DNA of 64,000 bases from an uncultured Spirochaetota bacterium. Lineage in GTDB: Bacteria > Spirochaetota > Brevinematia > Brevinematales > JAOACQ01. Shown here piece after piece: positions 19,485 through 29,555 of the stretch. Position numbers and translations under genes: made by a program. How positions within the stretch are numbered: position 1 is the first letter of the stretch; every line of letters starts with the position of its first letter. The stretch spans positions 1 to 64,000 of the forward strand of contig CAWAOD010000016.1 in assembly GCA_963783575.1 (NCBI GenBank), written 5' to 3'. The notes under the pieces were generated by a model. It saw only the letters and a list, made by a program, of their open reading frames with translations. It searched no databases and had not been told where the DNA came from.

Positions 19485-21098
19485 ATGCTTTATACTAAGG
19501 CAGCAGTATTTCTAATAGGTATTTTTTGTACATTTTTTTCATGCTCTAAAAGTACTGATCCAATCCTGTGCGAGGATCAAGGGAAATTCGGTTACATGGA
19601 AAAGAATGGAAAAATCATTATTAATATTCAATTTGATGAAGCTCTAGCGTTCTCGGAGGGATTGGCCGGAGCCAAATCCGGTAATAAATGGGGGTTTATC
19701 AATAAAACAGGTGATTTTGTCATTCAACCTCAATTCGATAGCGCGGACTCTTTTTCCGAAGGCCTGGCTGTTGTGCAATTAAAGTCAGGTGAAAAATTTG
19801 GGTTTATTGACACCAATGGCAATACTATAATAAAACCCGGTTTTGAAGAAGCTCAGCCATTTTCTGAAGGTCTGGCTCCGGTTAAATCCGTTGATAGATG
19901 GGGTTATATCGATAAGACAGGTAAATATTTCATTAAGCCAAAATTTGATTATGCCTGGCCTTTTCACGACGGAACGGCGGAGGTGCAATCTGAGGAAATC
20001 CATGACTATGAACATCGCGGATTTATCGATAAAACCGGCAGATATATTTATAATCCTCCGTTTGGACAGGCCTTTTCTTTTTCCGAGGGTTTAGCCGCTT
20101 TTGGATCGGGCGACAGGTATGGCTATAAATACGGCTATATTGACAGAACTGGCAAAGCTGTCATAAAACCTCAATTCGATGATGTCCAGCCTTTTTCCGA
20201 AGGTTTGGCCGCGGTAGAATCGGGCAAAAAATATGGATTTATTGATAAAACAGGAAAATATGTAATCAAGCCGAAATTTGAAGAAGCCGGTTTTTTTTCC
20301 GGCGGTTTAGCTCAGGTAACTTTATATGGTAAAATTGGTTTTGTTGACAGGACCGGCAGGTTTGTCATCCGGCCTCAATTTGATGATGTGCTGCCTTTTT
20401 CCGGGGGTTTGGCCGCGGCAGGGTCGGGCGGCAAATATGGTTTTATCGATAAAACCGGCGGGATTGATGTCAAACCTAGATTTGGAATGGCATATTCTTT
20501 CAGCGAAGATTTGGCCGCCGTAGAAATCGCTGATGAGCGTGGCTACAAATGGGGTTTTATCGATAAAACCGGAAAGGTTGTCATTCAGCCTCAATTTGAT
20601 CATGCCGATTCGTTTTCCGAAGGCCGGGCTCTGGTAAAAGCAGATGATAAATTGGGATATATTGATAAAACAGGCAATTATGTTATTAATCCGATATTTA
20701 GCGGGGCCGATTCTTTTTCAGAAGGTTTGGCCTGTGTTTTTTTGAATAATAAATACGGCTATATCGATACAACAAGCAAAACCATTATTAAATCTCAATT
20801 TGACGATGCTAAACCATTCGCGGGAGGTTTAGCCATAGTAAAATCTGGGGACCGGTACGGTATTATTGATAAAACCGGCAGATATATCATTAAACCTCAA
20901 TTTAATGAAATTCATGCTTTTTCCGAAGGTCTGGCTGCGGTCAAATCAGGCGATAAATGGGGTTTTATTGATAAAACAGGCAGGGTTGTCATTAAGCCTC
21001 AATTCGATGATGCCTGGAATTTTTCTGAGGGTTTTGCCCAGGTTAGATCGGGGGAAAAGATCGGTTATATTGATAAAACAGGAAAATCAATCGAATAA
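19485..21098 (+). CDS. WG-repeat lipoprotein
   Basis: Lipobox-like FFSC; about 15 GxIDKTG repeats. Confidence 0.9.
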   Translation: MLYTKAAVFLIGIFCTFFSCSKSTDPILCEDQGKFGYMEKNGKIIINIQFDEALAFSEGLAGAKSGNKWGFINKTGDFVIQPQFDSADSFSEGLAVVQLKSGEKFGFIDTNGNTIIKPGFEEAQPFSEGLAPVKSVDRWGYIDKTGKYFIKPKFDYAWPFHDGTAEVQSEEIHDYEHRGFIDKTGRYIYNPPFGQAFSFSEGLAAFGSGDRYGYKYGYIDRTGKAVIKPQFDDVQPFSEGLAAVESGKKYGFIDKTGKYVIKPKFEEAGFFSGGLAQVTLYGKIGFVDRTGRFVIRPQFDDVLPFSGGLAAAGSGGKYGFIDKTGGIDVKPRFGMAYSFSEDLAAVEIADERGYKWGFIDKTGKVVIQPQFDHADSFSEGRALVKADDKLGYIDKTGNYVINPIFSGADSFSEGLACVFLNNKYGYIDTTSKTIIKSQFDDAKPFAGGLAIVKSGDRYGIIDKTGRYIIKPQFNEIHAFSEGLAAVKSGDKWGFIDKTGRVVIKPQFDDAWNFSEGFAQVRSGEKIGYIDKTGKSIE

Positions 21099-21125
21099 AA
21101 GTTACTGTTGCGGCTCTTAGTTATT

Positions 21126-21848
21126 TTATATTCCAATTCTCTTCTTTTTCTCAAAAAGATACTCGTCGAACCTCTCTACCGACGCGCTTAAAACCAGTTC
21201 CTCCGGGAAATCTATCTCCTTAAGAAGGCTGTAAACATAGTCAAACCTGCCGACATCGAAGCTGATGTGTGCATCGCTCCCGCAGACTATCCTTACACCG
21301 TATTCTTTACATTTTAAGGCGATCGCTTTGCAGTTATCGGCGCTTCCCGCCCTGACTGTGAAAGAGCTGTTGTTTATTTCGATAAGCTTATTGTATTCTT
21401 CGGCTGATTTCACAATGGTGTCATAATCAATGGGAAATTGTGGGTTTCCCGAATGTCCGATTATATCGATCAGCGGGTTCTTCAGTATATTCATCAAAGC
21501 ATGCGTATGAACTTCCATTGTAGCAGGACTGAAGCATATGTCATGAAAACTTGCAATGACAAGATCAAGTTTCATAAGGTATTCCCCGCTGATATCGACA
21601 TGGCCTTCATTATCCATGATATTCGATTCCGCGCCTTTTAAAATCCTGACTCCGTAAAGCTCGGACGGTAAAACCTTAAGGTTGCCGAAATGATAAATAT
21701 GAGTGGTACCGGGCATTCCCGGTCCATGATCCGTTACGGCGAACATTTTAATGCCGGCTTTTGATGCCCCTTCCGCCATTTCCTGTACAGTGCTGTAGGC
21801 ATGCCCGCTTGCTACTGAATGCGTATGGGTATCAACTAAAATTTTCAA
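21126..21848 (-). CDS. ycdX: PHP-domain phosphatase (YcdX-like)
   Basis: DTHTHSVASGHAYST, TDHGP, IEINNSS, GSDAH. Confidence 0.85.
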   Translation of the reverse strand: MKILVDTHTHSVASGHAYSTVQEMAEGASKAGIKMFAVTDHGPGMPGTTHIYHFGNLKVLPSELYGVRILKGAESNIMDNEGHVDISGEYLMKLDLVIASFHDICFSPATMEVHTHALMNILKNPLIDIIGHSGNPQFPIDYDTIVKSAEEYNKLIEINNSSFTVRAGSADNCKAIALKCKEYGVRIVCGSDAHISFDVGRFDYVYSLLKEIDFPEELVLSASVERFDEYLFEKKKRIGI

Positions 21849-21961
21849 AATTTTCCCCCGTTTTTTTATTATTTAAATTAACTGACAATAAATAAATATT
21901 AAGAAGAACTGGTAAAATAATCAAATGTCTTTTAATTTCCAGACCCCGTTTGCCGAAATTT

Positions 21962-22005
21962 ACTGTAACAAATCGGATCATTGCGATGATCCGATTTGTT
22001 ACAGT
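21962..22005. repeat. Perfect 20-bp inverted repeat
   Basis: ACTGTAACAAATCGGATCAT-tgcg-ATGATCCGATTTGTTACAGT between divergent genes. Confidence 0.9.
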
Positions 22006-22082
22006 CTGCAGTTTTGAATAGCGCAGTATAATGCAAACAAAACTACGGCTTTTACAAGAAGATAAAGTGGCGGAGGAATTTA

Positions 22083-23348
22083 GTGATGATGTCCAGAATT
22101 GATATTTTGAAATATTTTTTATTTACGGTTTTTTTATCGGTCTTATCAGCACAGGGTTATACAACCGATAAACAGATGGAAAAAACACTTTCTCCTTTCA
22201 ATGCCATTAATATGCTGAAGGAAGGAAACCTGAGGTTTGTAAGTACAAACAAGAATCCGGCAAATCAAAATAAAGAACGAAGGGTAATGCTTGCGGAATA
22301 TGGCCAGCGTCCCTTCGCTATGATACTTGGATGTTCCGATTCAAGGACGCCTGTTGAACAGATCTTTGATGTCGGCATCGGCGATCTTTTTGTTGTAAGG
22401 GTTGCGGGGTTTATTGCGGATTCCGATGTAACCGGTACTTTTGAATACGGGGCAAAGAGCCTGAAAATACCGCTCCTTGTTGTTCTTGGCCACAACTCCT
22501 GTGATACAATCACAACCGCAATTAATAATGATAAAAATGTGGGAAATTATTCCACGCTGATTGAAAAAATAAAACCGGCCGTAGAAAAAGCCGAATATCT
22601 TTACGGGAATAAGATCAGCCCCGCGTTGATTGAAGAAGCTGTCAAACAGAATATCTGGCTTTCGATGGAAAACCTTATTACTTCCAGTTCAGTCCTGAGA
22701 AATATGATTAGAAACAATAAGCTAAAAATAGTAGGTGCAAATTATAATCTTGATACGGGGATTGTGGAATGGCTCGGCGAACATCCCAGGCAGGCGGAAT
22801 TTTTATCCGGTTCAAAATCAGAAGCAGTTAAGGAAACGGTTTATAATGATGAAACTTCAGCCAATGCTCAAGGTTTTAAAAACAGAAAAATGAACTTCAG
22901 ACCTTTGTCTGAGAAAATCAGACCGGTGCCTGAAACTGGAAGAGAAAATTCCGAAGTAATGCTTAAAACAAGAATTATTTTATCTGAAAAAGGAAATAAA
23001 ACCGGAAAAACAGGATTACCGCTTTCATCACCAAGAAATCCGCTTTTAATCACTATCTTTATTTCCGCTCCTGAAAATACGAAAAAAGCCGAAATTGAAG
23101 TTTTTGCGTCAAGATCATATAAAAGCGGAAAATATCCGGTAAGGGAATTGATCTTTAGACTGGGCGGCCTTATCATAAAAGACGGGAAAGGCCAGACTCA
23201 GTTTTACTGGGCGGCGAAAAATCTTGATAATAAATATTTAAATACCGGGATATACCGGATTTCTGTAAAAATTAAAGGATTTAATGCCGATGGAGAAAAA
23301 TTAGGGGCAACTGCCGATAAATCAAAATATTTTGTAGAAGTCAGATAA
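22083..23348 (+). CDS. Exported beta-carbonic anhydrase with a C-terminal FlgD-Ig-like domain
   Basis: Signal peptide; LKEGNLRF, GCSDSR, GDLFVVRVAG, LGHNSC; C-terminal FYWAAKNLDNKYLNTGIY. Confidence 0.85.
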   Translation: MMMSRIDILKYFLFTVFLSVLSAQGYTTDKQMEKTLSPFNAINMLKEGNLRFVSTNKNPANQNKERRVMLAEYGQRPFAMILGCSDSRTPVEQIFDVGIGDLFVVRVAGFIADSDVTGTFEYGAKSLKIPLLVVLGHNSCDTITTAINNDKNVGNYSTLIEKIKPAVEKAEYLYGNKISPALIEEAVKQNIWLSMENLITSSSVLRNMIRNNKLKIVGANYNLDTGIVEWLGEHPRQAEFLSGSKSEAVKETVYNDETSANAQGFKNRKMNFRPLSEKIRPVPETGRENSEVMLKTRIILSEKGNKTGKTGLPLSSPRNPLLITIFISAPENTKKAEIEVFASRSYKSGKYPVRELIFRLGGLIIKDGKGQTQFYWAAKNLDNKYLNTGIYRISVKIKGFNADGEKLGATADKSKYFVEVR

Positions 23349-23360
23349 CCGGGGAAAATT

Positions 23361-24155
23361 TTGAAAGAAATAAACCTTTCTAAAATTATGGGCCAGGCAA
23401 TTAATGATTACGGCATGATTGATCCCAATGACCGAATTGTTGTAGGCCTTTCGGGAGGGATGGACAGCCTGGCGCTTCTTTTATTACTCAATTCAAGGTT
23501 AAAAAGGATACCGGTCAGGTACAGCCTATTTCCGGTTTTGGTGGATAATCTAAACGGTGAGAGTGAGGAACACAACAAAAGGATCGGGAAACTCACCGGT
23601 TATATCATTTCTGAGACAGGCCATGAACCCCATGTGATTCATACCGGAACCATGAAAAAATTGACCGAAGGGGATTCCCGTAAAAGGGATGTTTGTTTTC
23701 TCTGTGCTCAGAAGCGAAGGTATGAATTGATCCGCTATGCGTTTTCGATTAACTGCACAAAAATCGCGCTGGGGCATCATAAGGATGATATCATTGAAAC
23801 ATCGCTTATGAATCTTTTTTATAAGCATGAATTGTCTTCTATGGTACCAAAACTGGAGTTATTCGGAGGAAAGATGTTTATAATGCGTCCCCTGGCTTAT
23901 ATCCAGAAGACACAGATCGAAGATTATATTTATACGAAGGAAAAAGAGGTTCCTGTTTTCGGCGAAGTATGCCCTTCCAATATTTTGAGAAGGGATTTGA
24001 GGCGCTCGAAAATCCGTGAAATAGTAGACCGCCTCTCAAAAGAAATACCCCACCTGAAAAACAATGTCTTCGCTTCTTACAGGAATCCGAAAAACGATTA
24101 TCTCCTGGATAGATTTTTTGATCCGAAGACATCGGGTTCTTTCAAAAGGCCGTAA
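23361..24155 (+). CDS. ttcA: tRNA 2-thiocytidine(32) synthetase TtcA family protein
   Basis: PP-loop GLSGGMDS, CFLC..KRR, IALGHHKDD, MRPL. Confidence 0.85.
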   Translation: MKEINLSKIMGQAINDYGMIDPNDRIVVGLSGGMDSLALLLLLNSRLKRIPVRYSLFPVLVDNLNGESEEHNKRIGKLTGYIISETGHEPHVIHTGTMKKLTEGDSRKRDVCFLCAQKRRYELIRYAFSINCTKIALGHHKDDIIETSLMNLFYKHELSSMVPKLELFGGKMFIMRPLAYIQKTQIEDYIYTKEKEVPVFGEVCPSNILRRDLRRSKIREIVDRLSKEIPHLKNNVFASYRNPKNDYLLDRFFDPKTSGSFKRP

Positions 24156-24157
24156 AA

Positions 24158-24199
24158 TAGCTGTTAGCGACTAGCAGCTAAAGACTAGTGACTAGTAAT
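24158..24199. repeat. Degenerate heptamer tandem repeat (TAGNGAC-like, x6)
   Basis: tagctgt tagcgac tagcagc taaagac tagtgac tagtaat. Confidence 0.6.
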
Positions 24200-24917
24200 A
24201 GGTTCCTCCTTCTTTAACAAGGATAAAAAGGGAGATTCCTATATACTCTCTGTACTTTTTATAATTATTGTATTCTTCCATAAGTTTCGGATCATCTTTC
24301 CTGTCGTTATAATATACTTCCCACCAGTAAGGTTCATAAAAAGCCTTGGTAAAGATTACTGAAAATCCATTTTTTTGAAACTCGGTTTTTCCCCTGTCCA
24401 GAGTGTAAATTTTAATATCGCTTTTAAGCCAATTTTTAACAAGATCTCTTGGCACAGTATCGCCCATCAATATTATATCGATGATTATTGCTTTTCCGTT
24501 TTCCTTCAAAACCCTGTGAATTTCTTTCACTCCATTTTCAAAAAAATTACTTAAGGCGCCGCTTGAATAAGCAATATCAAATTCTTTTTCTTTAAACCTC
24601 AATTTTGAACCGTCTCCGGCCTCGAAAAAAAGAAGGTCATCCAATTTTTTCTTTATCGCCATTTCCTTGGCGGTTTTAATGAATCCAGTATCGATATCGA
24701 TTCCCGTAACTTTACAACCGTATTTCTCTGCAAAATATGCTTCCATTTCACCCGTTCCGCATCCGACGCTTAAAATATGCATCTTATCGTTGATTATTAT
24801 ATGTTTTTCGGCTTCCAGGGTTAATTCAATTCCAGCAGGCATTACAACTCTTCTTTTTTTTATTTTAGACATTTCAGATGTTTCATTACCCAGCCTTGAT
24901 GATGCTTTATCATTCAC
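24192..24917 (-). CDS. Class I SAM-dependent methyltransferase
   Basis: ILSVGCGTG, VTGIDID, FDIAYS, EIHRVLKENG. Confidence 0.9.
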   Translation of the reverse strand: MNDKASSRLGNETSEMSKIKKRRVVMPAGIELTLEAEKHIIINDKMHILSVGCGTGEMEAYFAEKYGCKVTGIDIDTGFIKTAKEMAIKKKLDDLLFFEAGDGSKLRFKEKEFDIAYSSGALSNFFENGVKEIHRVLKENGKAIIIDIILMGDTVPRDLVKNWLKSDIKIYTLDRGKTEFQKNGFSVIFTKAFYEPYWWEVYYNDRKDDPKLMEEYNNYKKYREYIGISLFILVKEGGTYY

Positions 24918-24968
24918 TCTAAGTCCTCCGGAATAAATTTTATGCTAAAAAGCCGATTAAAATCCGAT

Positions 24969-26270
24969 CTAAGCTTTTGCAAGCGCCTGGCCGAGGTCCT
25001 CCAGGATATCATCAATATTTTCAATTCCGATAGACAGCCTTATGAGTTCCGGCGTAATGCCTCCGGCAAGCTGGTCTTCATCTGAAAGCTGGGAATGAGT
25101 AGTTGTAGCGGGATGAATCGCCAGGCTTTTCGCGTCGCCGACATTGGCCACATTGGAAAAAAGGCGCAAATTTTTAATAAATTCCCTGCCGGCCGAAGCT
25201 CCGCCTTTAATTCCGAAAACAACCATTCCGCCGAAGCCCTTTTTTAAATACCTGCTTGCTAACTGATATGAAGGATCGCCGGGAAGACCGGGGTAACGGA
25301 CCCAGCTTACCTTCGGATTGGACTGCAAGAATTCAGCCGCTTTCATTGAATTCTGTGAATGTCTTTCCATCCTGAGCGCAAGTGTTTCCAGTCCCTGAAG
25401 GAAGATCCAGGCGTTGTCCGGCGAAATGCAGGCTCCCAGGTTCCGGAGAGGTACAAACCTCATTCTCATAATGAATGCAAGTTTCTGTAATCCCAAGGGT
25501 TCGAGGTCATGCGCCCACCTGAGATTGTGATAACCGGTGTCAGGCTTGTTAAAAAGGTCGAATTTTGGGTCCTTCCAGTCAAATTTTCCCGAATCAATGA
25601 CAATGCCGCCTATAGCTGTTCCATGTCCGCCTATCCATTTTGTAAGTGAATGAATTACTATATCCGCTCCGTATTCCAGCGGTTTGAGAAGATAAGGGGT
25701 TGTAAAAGTAGAATCCACGATCAAAGGCAGGTGATGTTTTTTCGCGACTTCAGAAACACCGGAAATATCAGTAAAATTGAGGGCAGGGTTGCCAATTGTT
25801 TCAATATAAATTGCCCTTGTTTTTGAAGTTACAGCATTTTCAAAATTTTCTATCCTGACGGGATCTACAAATTTTGTCTTTATTCCGAATTGCGGCAGGA
25901 TTGAATCAAACATAGTAAATGTGCCGCCATAAAGATTATTTGCGGAAATAATTTCGTCGCCATTTTGCGCAATATTGATAATCGAATAATAAATAGCCGA
26001 CGTTCCGGAAGAAAGAGCCAGAGCTCCAATACCGCCTTCCAGCGCGGCCATTCTTTTTTCAAGTACATCATGAGTCGGGTTCATCAAACGGGTATAAATA
26101 TTCCCCAATTCTTTCAAAGCGAATAAATCCGCCGCATGTTCGGCGCTTTTAAAAACGTAGGAACTTGTCCTGTAAATAGGGACTCCAAGCGAAGTTGTCT
26201 CATCAACAAACTGCCCGGCATGCAGGGCCAGAGTTTCAAACTTAGCATTATCAAGATTAATATTGCTCAT
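24969..26270 (-). CDS. metY: O-acetylhomoserine aminocarboxypropyltransferase (sulfhydrylase)
   Basis: [22 protein letters not shown] (PLP lysine), [29 protein letters not shown]. Confidence 0.93.
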   Translation of the reverse strand: MSNINLDNAKFETLALHAGQFVDETTSLGVPIYRTSSYVFKSAEHAADLFALKELGNIYTRLMNPTHDVLEKRMAALEGGIGALALSSGTSAIYYSIINIAQNGDEIISANNLYGGTFTMFDSILPQFGIKTKFVDPVRIENFENAVTSKTRAIYIETIGNPALNFTDISGVSEVAKKHHLPLIVDSTFTTPYLLKPLEYGADIVIHSLTKWIGGHGTAIGGIVIDSGKFDWKDPKFDLFNKPDTGYHNLRWAHDLEPLGLQKLAFIMRMRFVPLRNLGACISPDNAWIFLQGLETLALRMERHSQNSMKAAEFLQSNPKVSWVRYPGLPGDPSYQLASRYLKKGFGGMVVFGIKGGASAGREFIKNLRLFSNVANVGDAKSLAIHPATTTHSQLSDEDQLAGGITPELIRLSIGIENIDDILEDLGQALAKA

Positions 26271-26308
26271 TCATTTTCCTCCTTATAGAATCATATAAAT
26301 TAATTCAC

Positions 26309-27232
26309 TTATTCGTCAAATAACCAGGTGCTTAAATATCTTTCCCCAGTGTCGGGCGCTATCGTCACAATTACTTTACCCTTGTTTTCAGGCCTTTTCG
26401 CGACCTCTAATGATGCCCAGACATTGGCTCCGGCAGAAATGCCGGTAAGAATCCCTTCTTTTTTCGCCAGTAGCCGCGAAATTGTCCCTGCGTCCTCATG
26501 CCTGACTTTTATGATTTCATCGATAATTTTTGTATTCAGGACTTCCGGTATAAAGTTGGCGCCGATCCCCTGGATTTTATGCGGTCCGGGTTTTCCCCCG
26601 GATAGGATCGGCGAATCGGCCGGTTCTACTGCAATTGATTTAAAACCTGGCTTCCTGCTTTTTATTACTTCGCTTATTCCCGTAAAAGTGCCGCCTGTTC
26701 CGATTCCGGCCACCAATATATCTATTTTCCCTTCAGTATCTTTCCATATTTCCTCGGCTGTCGTTTTTCTATGAATTTCAGGGTTTGCGGGATTTTTAAA
26801 CTGCTGAGGCATAAAAGAAGTCGGGAATTGCTTGACAAGCTCTTCCGCTTTTTCAACTGCTCCGGCCATGCCTTTGCTTCCTTCCGTAAGTACAAGTTCT
26901 GCCCCGAGGAATTTCAGCAATTTCCTCCTTTCGACACTGAATGTATCCGGCATAGTGAGGATAAGCCTATATCCTTTTGCCGCACAGACGAAAGCCAGCG
27001 CAATTCCGGTATTTCCGCTTGTCGGTTCAATGATCACCGTACTATTGTTGATCAACCCTCTTTTTTCAGCGTCTTCTATCATTGAAAGACCGATTCTGTC
27101 TTTAACGCTGGACAACGGGTTGAATGATTCCATTTTTAAAAGGATTTCAGCCTCTAAACCTTCGGCAATTCTGTTCAACCTTACCAAAGGGGTATTGCCG
27201 ATTAATTCAATAATACTGTTTGCTATTTTCAT
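26309..27232 (-). CDS. cysK: Cysteine synthase A
   Basis: [38 protein letters not shown]. Confidence 0.97.
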   Translation of the reverse strand: MKIANSIIELIGNTPLVRLNRIAEGLEAEILLKMESFNPLSSVKDRIGLSMIEDAEKRGLINNSTVIIEPTSGNTGIALAFVCAAKGYRLILTMPDTFSVERRKLLKFLGAELVLTEGSKGMAGAVEKAEELVKQFPTSFMPQQFKNPANPEIHRKTTAEEIWKDTEGKIDILVAGIGTGGTFTGISEVIKSRKPGFKSIAVEPADSPILSGGKPGPHKIQGIGANFIPEVLNTKIIDEIIKVRHEDAGTISRLLAKKEGILTGISAGANVWASLEVAKRPENKGKVIVTIAPDTGERYLSTWLFDE

Positions 27233-27307
27233 AAGCTCCTCCTCAATTGATACCGCGTATTAAAAAATTAACAATCGTTTTATAGTAAGTCAAATCTTCC
27301 AAACATT

Positions 27308-27742
27308 TTATATTTCAAAGTTTAATAAAGAATTCATTTTTTTATAATCATCCGTCATATTTTCAAGTGTGACCTTTTCGAGAGTTTCAGCGATTGTATC
27401 CGATAAATTTTTCCAGACATTCTGCGCCGGACACCGGCCGCTTTTGTCACAGGAAGCGGTTTCAAGACAGTCCAGAAGTTTAATAGAGCCTTCAAGAACT
27501 TCGACAATTTCCCTTAAGTTTATATTTGCAGGGTCCCTGGCTAAAATGTATCCGCCCTGGGAACCTCTCTGTGAAATAACAAATCCTGCCGATCTTAATT
27601 GACTTATGATCTGTTCCGAATATTTTTCGGAGATATTTTGATTCTTTGCTATTTCATAAAGCTGCATAATTCCCTTTTTGTAGTTTAAAGCGAGTTCAAA
27701 AAGTATCCTGGTTCCATAACGGGTCTTTGTGGATAATTTCAT
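27308..27742 (-). CDS. Rrf2-family regulator (CymR/IscR-like)
   Basis: MKLSTKTRYG, SQRGSQGGY, three Cys (C-x5-C-x5-C-like); heads cysK-metY. Confidence 0.9.
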   Translation of the reverse strand: MKLSTKTRYGTRILFELALNYKKGIMQLYEIAKNQNISEKYSEQIISQLRSAGFVISQRGSQGGYILARDPANINLREIVEVLEGSIKLLDCLETASCDKSGRCPAQNVWKNLSDTIAETLEKVTLENMTDDYKKMNSLLNFEI

Positions 27743-27785
27743 TAATTAGCTCCTGTAGATATGGTTATAATTATTCTATATTAAT

Positions 27786-27814
27786 ATAATAGGCATGGTA
27801 TGATTAAAAGTCAA
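27786..27814 (-). promoter_or_regulatory. Sigma70-type promoter of the rrf2-cysK-metY operon
   Basis: Minus strand TTGACT-N17-TATTAT. Confidence 0.55.
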
Positions 27815-27954
27815 CCTTATTAATTGTTGTGAATCAATGTTCAATAAAGCAGTAAATTAAAAAGAAAATTATTTTATTTTTGATTTAATAAAATATGGCC
27901 GATTCCAGACTCATATAAGCACAGAACCCGGATTCCTCTTTTCTAACTTTAAAT

Positions 27955-28123
27955 TTAAGCTTTCGCCAGAACCTGGTCAAGATCGGCTTTGATATCGCCG
28001 ATATTTTCCAATCCAATTGATAGCCTTATAAGATCAGGTGCCAGACCTCCTTCTTTCTGCTGTTCCCCGGAAAACTGGGAATGGGACGTGCTTGCCGGAT
28101 GCAGCGCCAGCGACTTTGCATTT
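27955..28123 (-). pseudogene. metY: 3'-terminal remnant of a second metY paralogue
   Basis: Minus strand reads NAKSLALHPASTSHSQFSGEQQKEGGLAPDLIRLSIGLENIGDIKADLDQVLAKA*, homologous to the C-terminus of 24969..26270. An in-frame stop lies just upstream and there is no start. Confidence 0.88.
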
Positions 28124-28228
28124 CGTCAAATGATACGCTTGATTTTTGCCATAATTTATTTTAAAGTATTAAGGTTAAGTGTTGATCCTTCGGATAGAAA
28201 AAGTAAAGAGGTATAGAAGGAGTGAAGA

Positions 28229-28624
28229 TTGGAAAATACAGTCAATGAGGAAGCTGAGGTAAGGAAGGAAATGGTAATATTTCATGAGGAAGGCAGTTCA
28301 AACAAAACATTTGTTTTATATCGAAAAAATAATGAGCTGGCTGCTAAATATCAGGATAGTGATAATCAGGAAATAATATTTACAGAGTTATACGCTCAAT
28401 CAGTAGTCAATGATCTATACAATTGGCTTAGGGAATTTAAAATAAACAAAGATGACTTTAAGTTTATGAAATTACCTGTAACATTTAGATACATTTATAG
28501 AGACCATGAAGATGTATTCTTCAAAATAATATTAAATACAGGGAAAAATGAAGTAGAGATAAATGACTATTACACGATTGTCAATGAATCAAACTGGTAT
28601 GCGGAAAAGTTAAAATTACTTTAA
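28229..28624 (+). CDS. Hypothetical protein
   Basis: 131-aa ORF with AAGGAG RBS; no recognised motif. Confidence 0.6.
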   Translation: MENTVNEEAEVRKEMVIFHEEGSSNKTFVLYRKNNELAAKYQDSDNQEIIFTELYAQSVVNDLYNWLREFKINKDDFKFMKLPVTFRYIYRDHEDVFFKIILNTGKNEVEINDYYTIVNESNWYAEKLKLL

Positions 28625-28668
28625 GAAATTATCTGACGATCAGAGAATTTGAGACATTTCGAATTTTA

Positions 28669-29523
28669 TTATTTTTCCATCCTTTTTAAAATCTGTTTGC
28701 CAAGAGTATCCAGCATATATTCGATTTCTTTCAGCCTTTTTTCAGAATCAAAAGTCCAATCGCTATACGGATATTCCTTTAATAACCGGTTGAAGTATGA
28801 TTGCGCGGTTTTGAAATTATTTTCTTTTTCCCGCAAAGTATTGAGGTCGATTTTTATGTATGGATTGTTTAAATAGGAAAAGAAGCCGTAATGGTAATCA
28901 TAAAGCCTTGATTTATCGAAATATTCAACCCCTTTTTTGTAAATGTATGTATCTTTTTCTTTAATTGAAAAAATTTTTGAATCTGATTCCTGAATTTTAT
29001 CAGTTGTTTTACTTTTTAGTAATGAAATCCGGTTATTTATTTTTTCCAGAATTACCTCAATCTCTTTCAGCCTTTTTTCGGAATCGAAAGCCCAATCACT
29101 GCCAGGATATTCCTTTAATAACTGCTGAAATTGAGATTGAGATGTTTTTAAGTGGTTTTCTCTTTCAAGCAGAGTCTCTAAATCTATTTTCAACGATGGA
29201 TCATCAAGATAGCTGAAGTAGCAATATTTATAATTATAACCGTAAAAACCGTCATGCCTTGCTTTATGAAAATTATCCACGCCTTTTTTATAAAGAAAGG
29301 TGTCATTTCTAACTTTTGATCTATTCATATTTTTATAATAGTTAAGAATTATTTGATACGCCTCATTAATTTTTATCATTATTGTTTCTTGATTCTTCTT
29401 TTGTTCGGCATCCATAAAACGGTCGGGATGATTTTTTTTAGCAAGAATCCTGTAAGCTTTTTTGACTTCACTCAAAGTTGAACCGGGATTGAGGCCGAAT
29501 AATTTTAAGTATTTTTCAATCAT
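28669..29523 (-). CDS. J-domain protein with a duplicated C-terminal module
   Basis: VKKAYRILAKKNHPD; two copies of DTxxYKKGV...FSYL..P..KIDL.TL...LLKEYP.SDW.FDSEKRLKEIE. Confidence 0.85.
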   Translation of the reverse strand: MIEKYLKLFGLNPGSTLSEVKKAYRILAKKNHPDRFMDAEQKKNQETIMIKINEAYQIILNYYKNMNRSKVRNDTFLYKKGVDNFHKARHDGFYGYNYKYCYFSYLDDPSLKIDLETLLERENHLKTSQSQFQQLLKEYPGSDWAFDSEKRLKEIEVILEKINNRISLLKSKTTDKIQESDSKIFSIKEKDTYIYKKGVEYFDKSRLYDYHYGFFSYLNNPYIKIDLNTLREKENNFKTAQSYFNRLLKEYPYSDWTFDSEKRLKEIEYMLDTLGKQILKRMEK

Positions 29524-29555
29524 ATAAATAAATTTTCCTTTATGGAGGGTGATTT

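Noticed and set aside
18480..21090. WG-repeat DNA periodicity as a CRISPR array or DGR template/variable repeat
   Set aside because: The repeats are in-frame coding units with synonymous variation, not adenine-specific changes; no cas or reverse transcriptase gene is present.
27989..28216. 75-aa plus-strand ORF
   Set aside because: Antisense shadow of the metY remnant.
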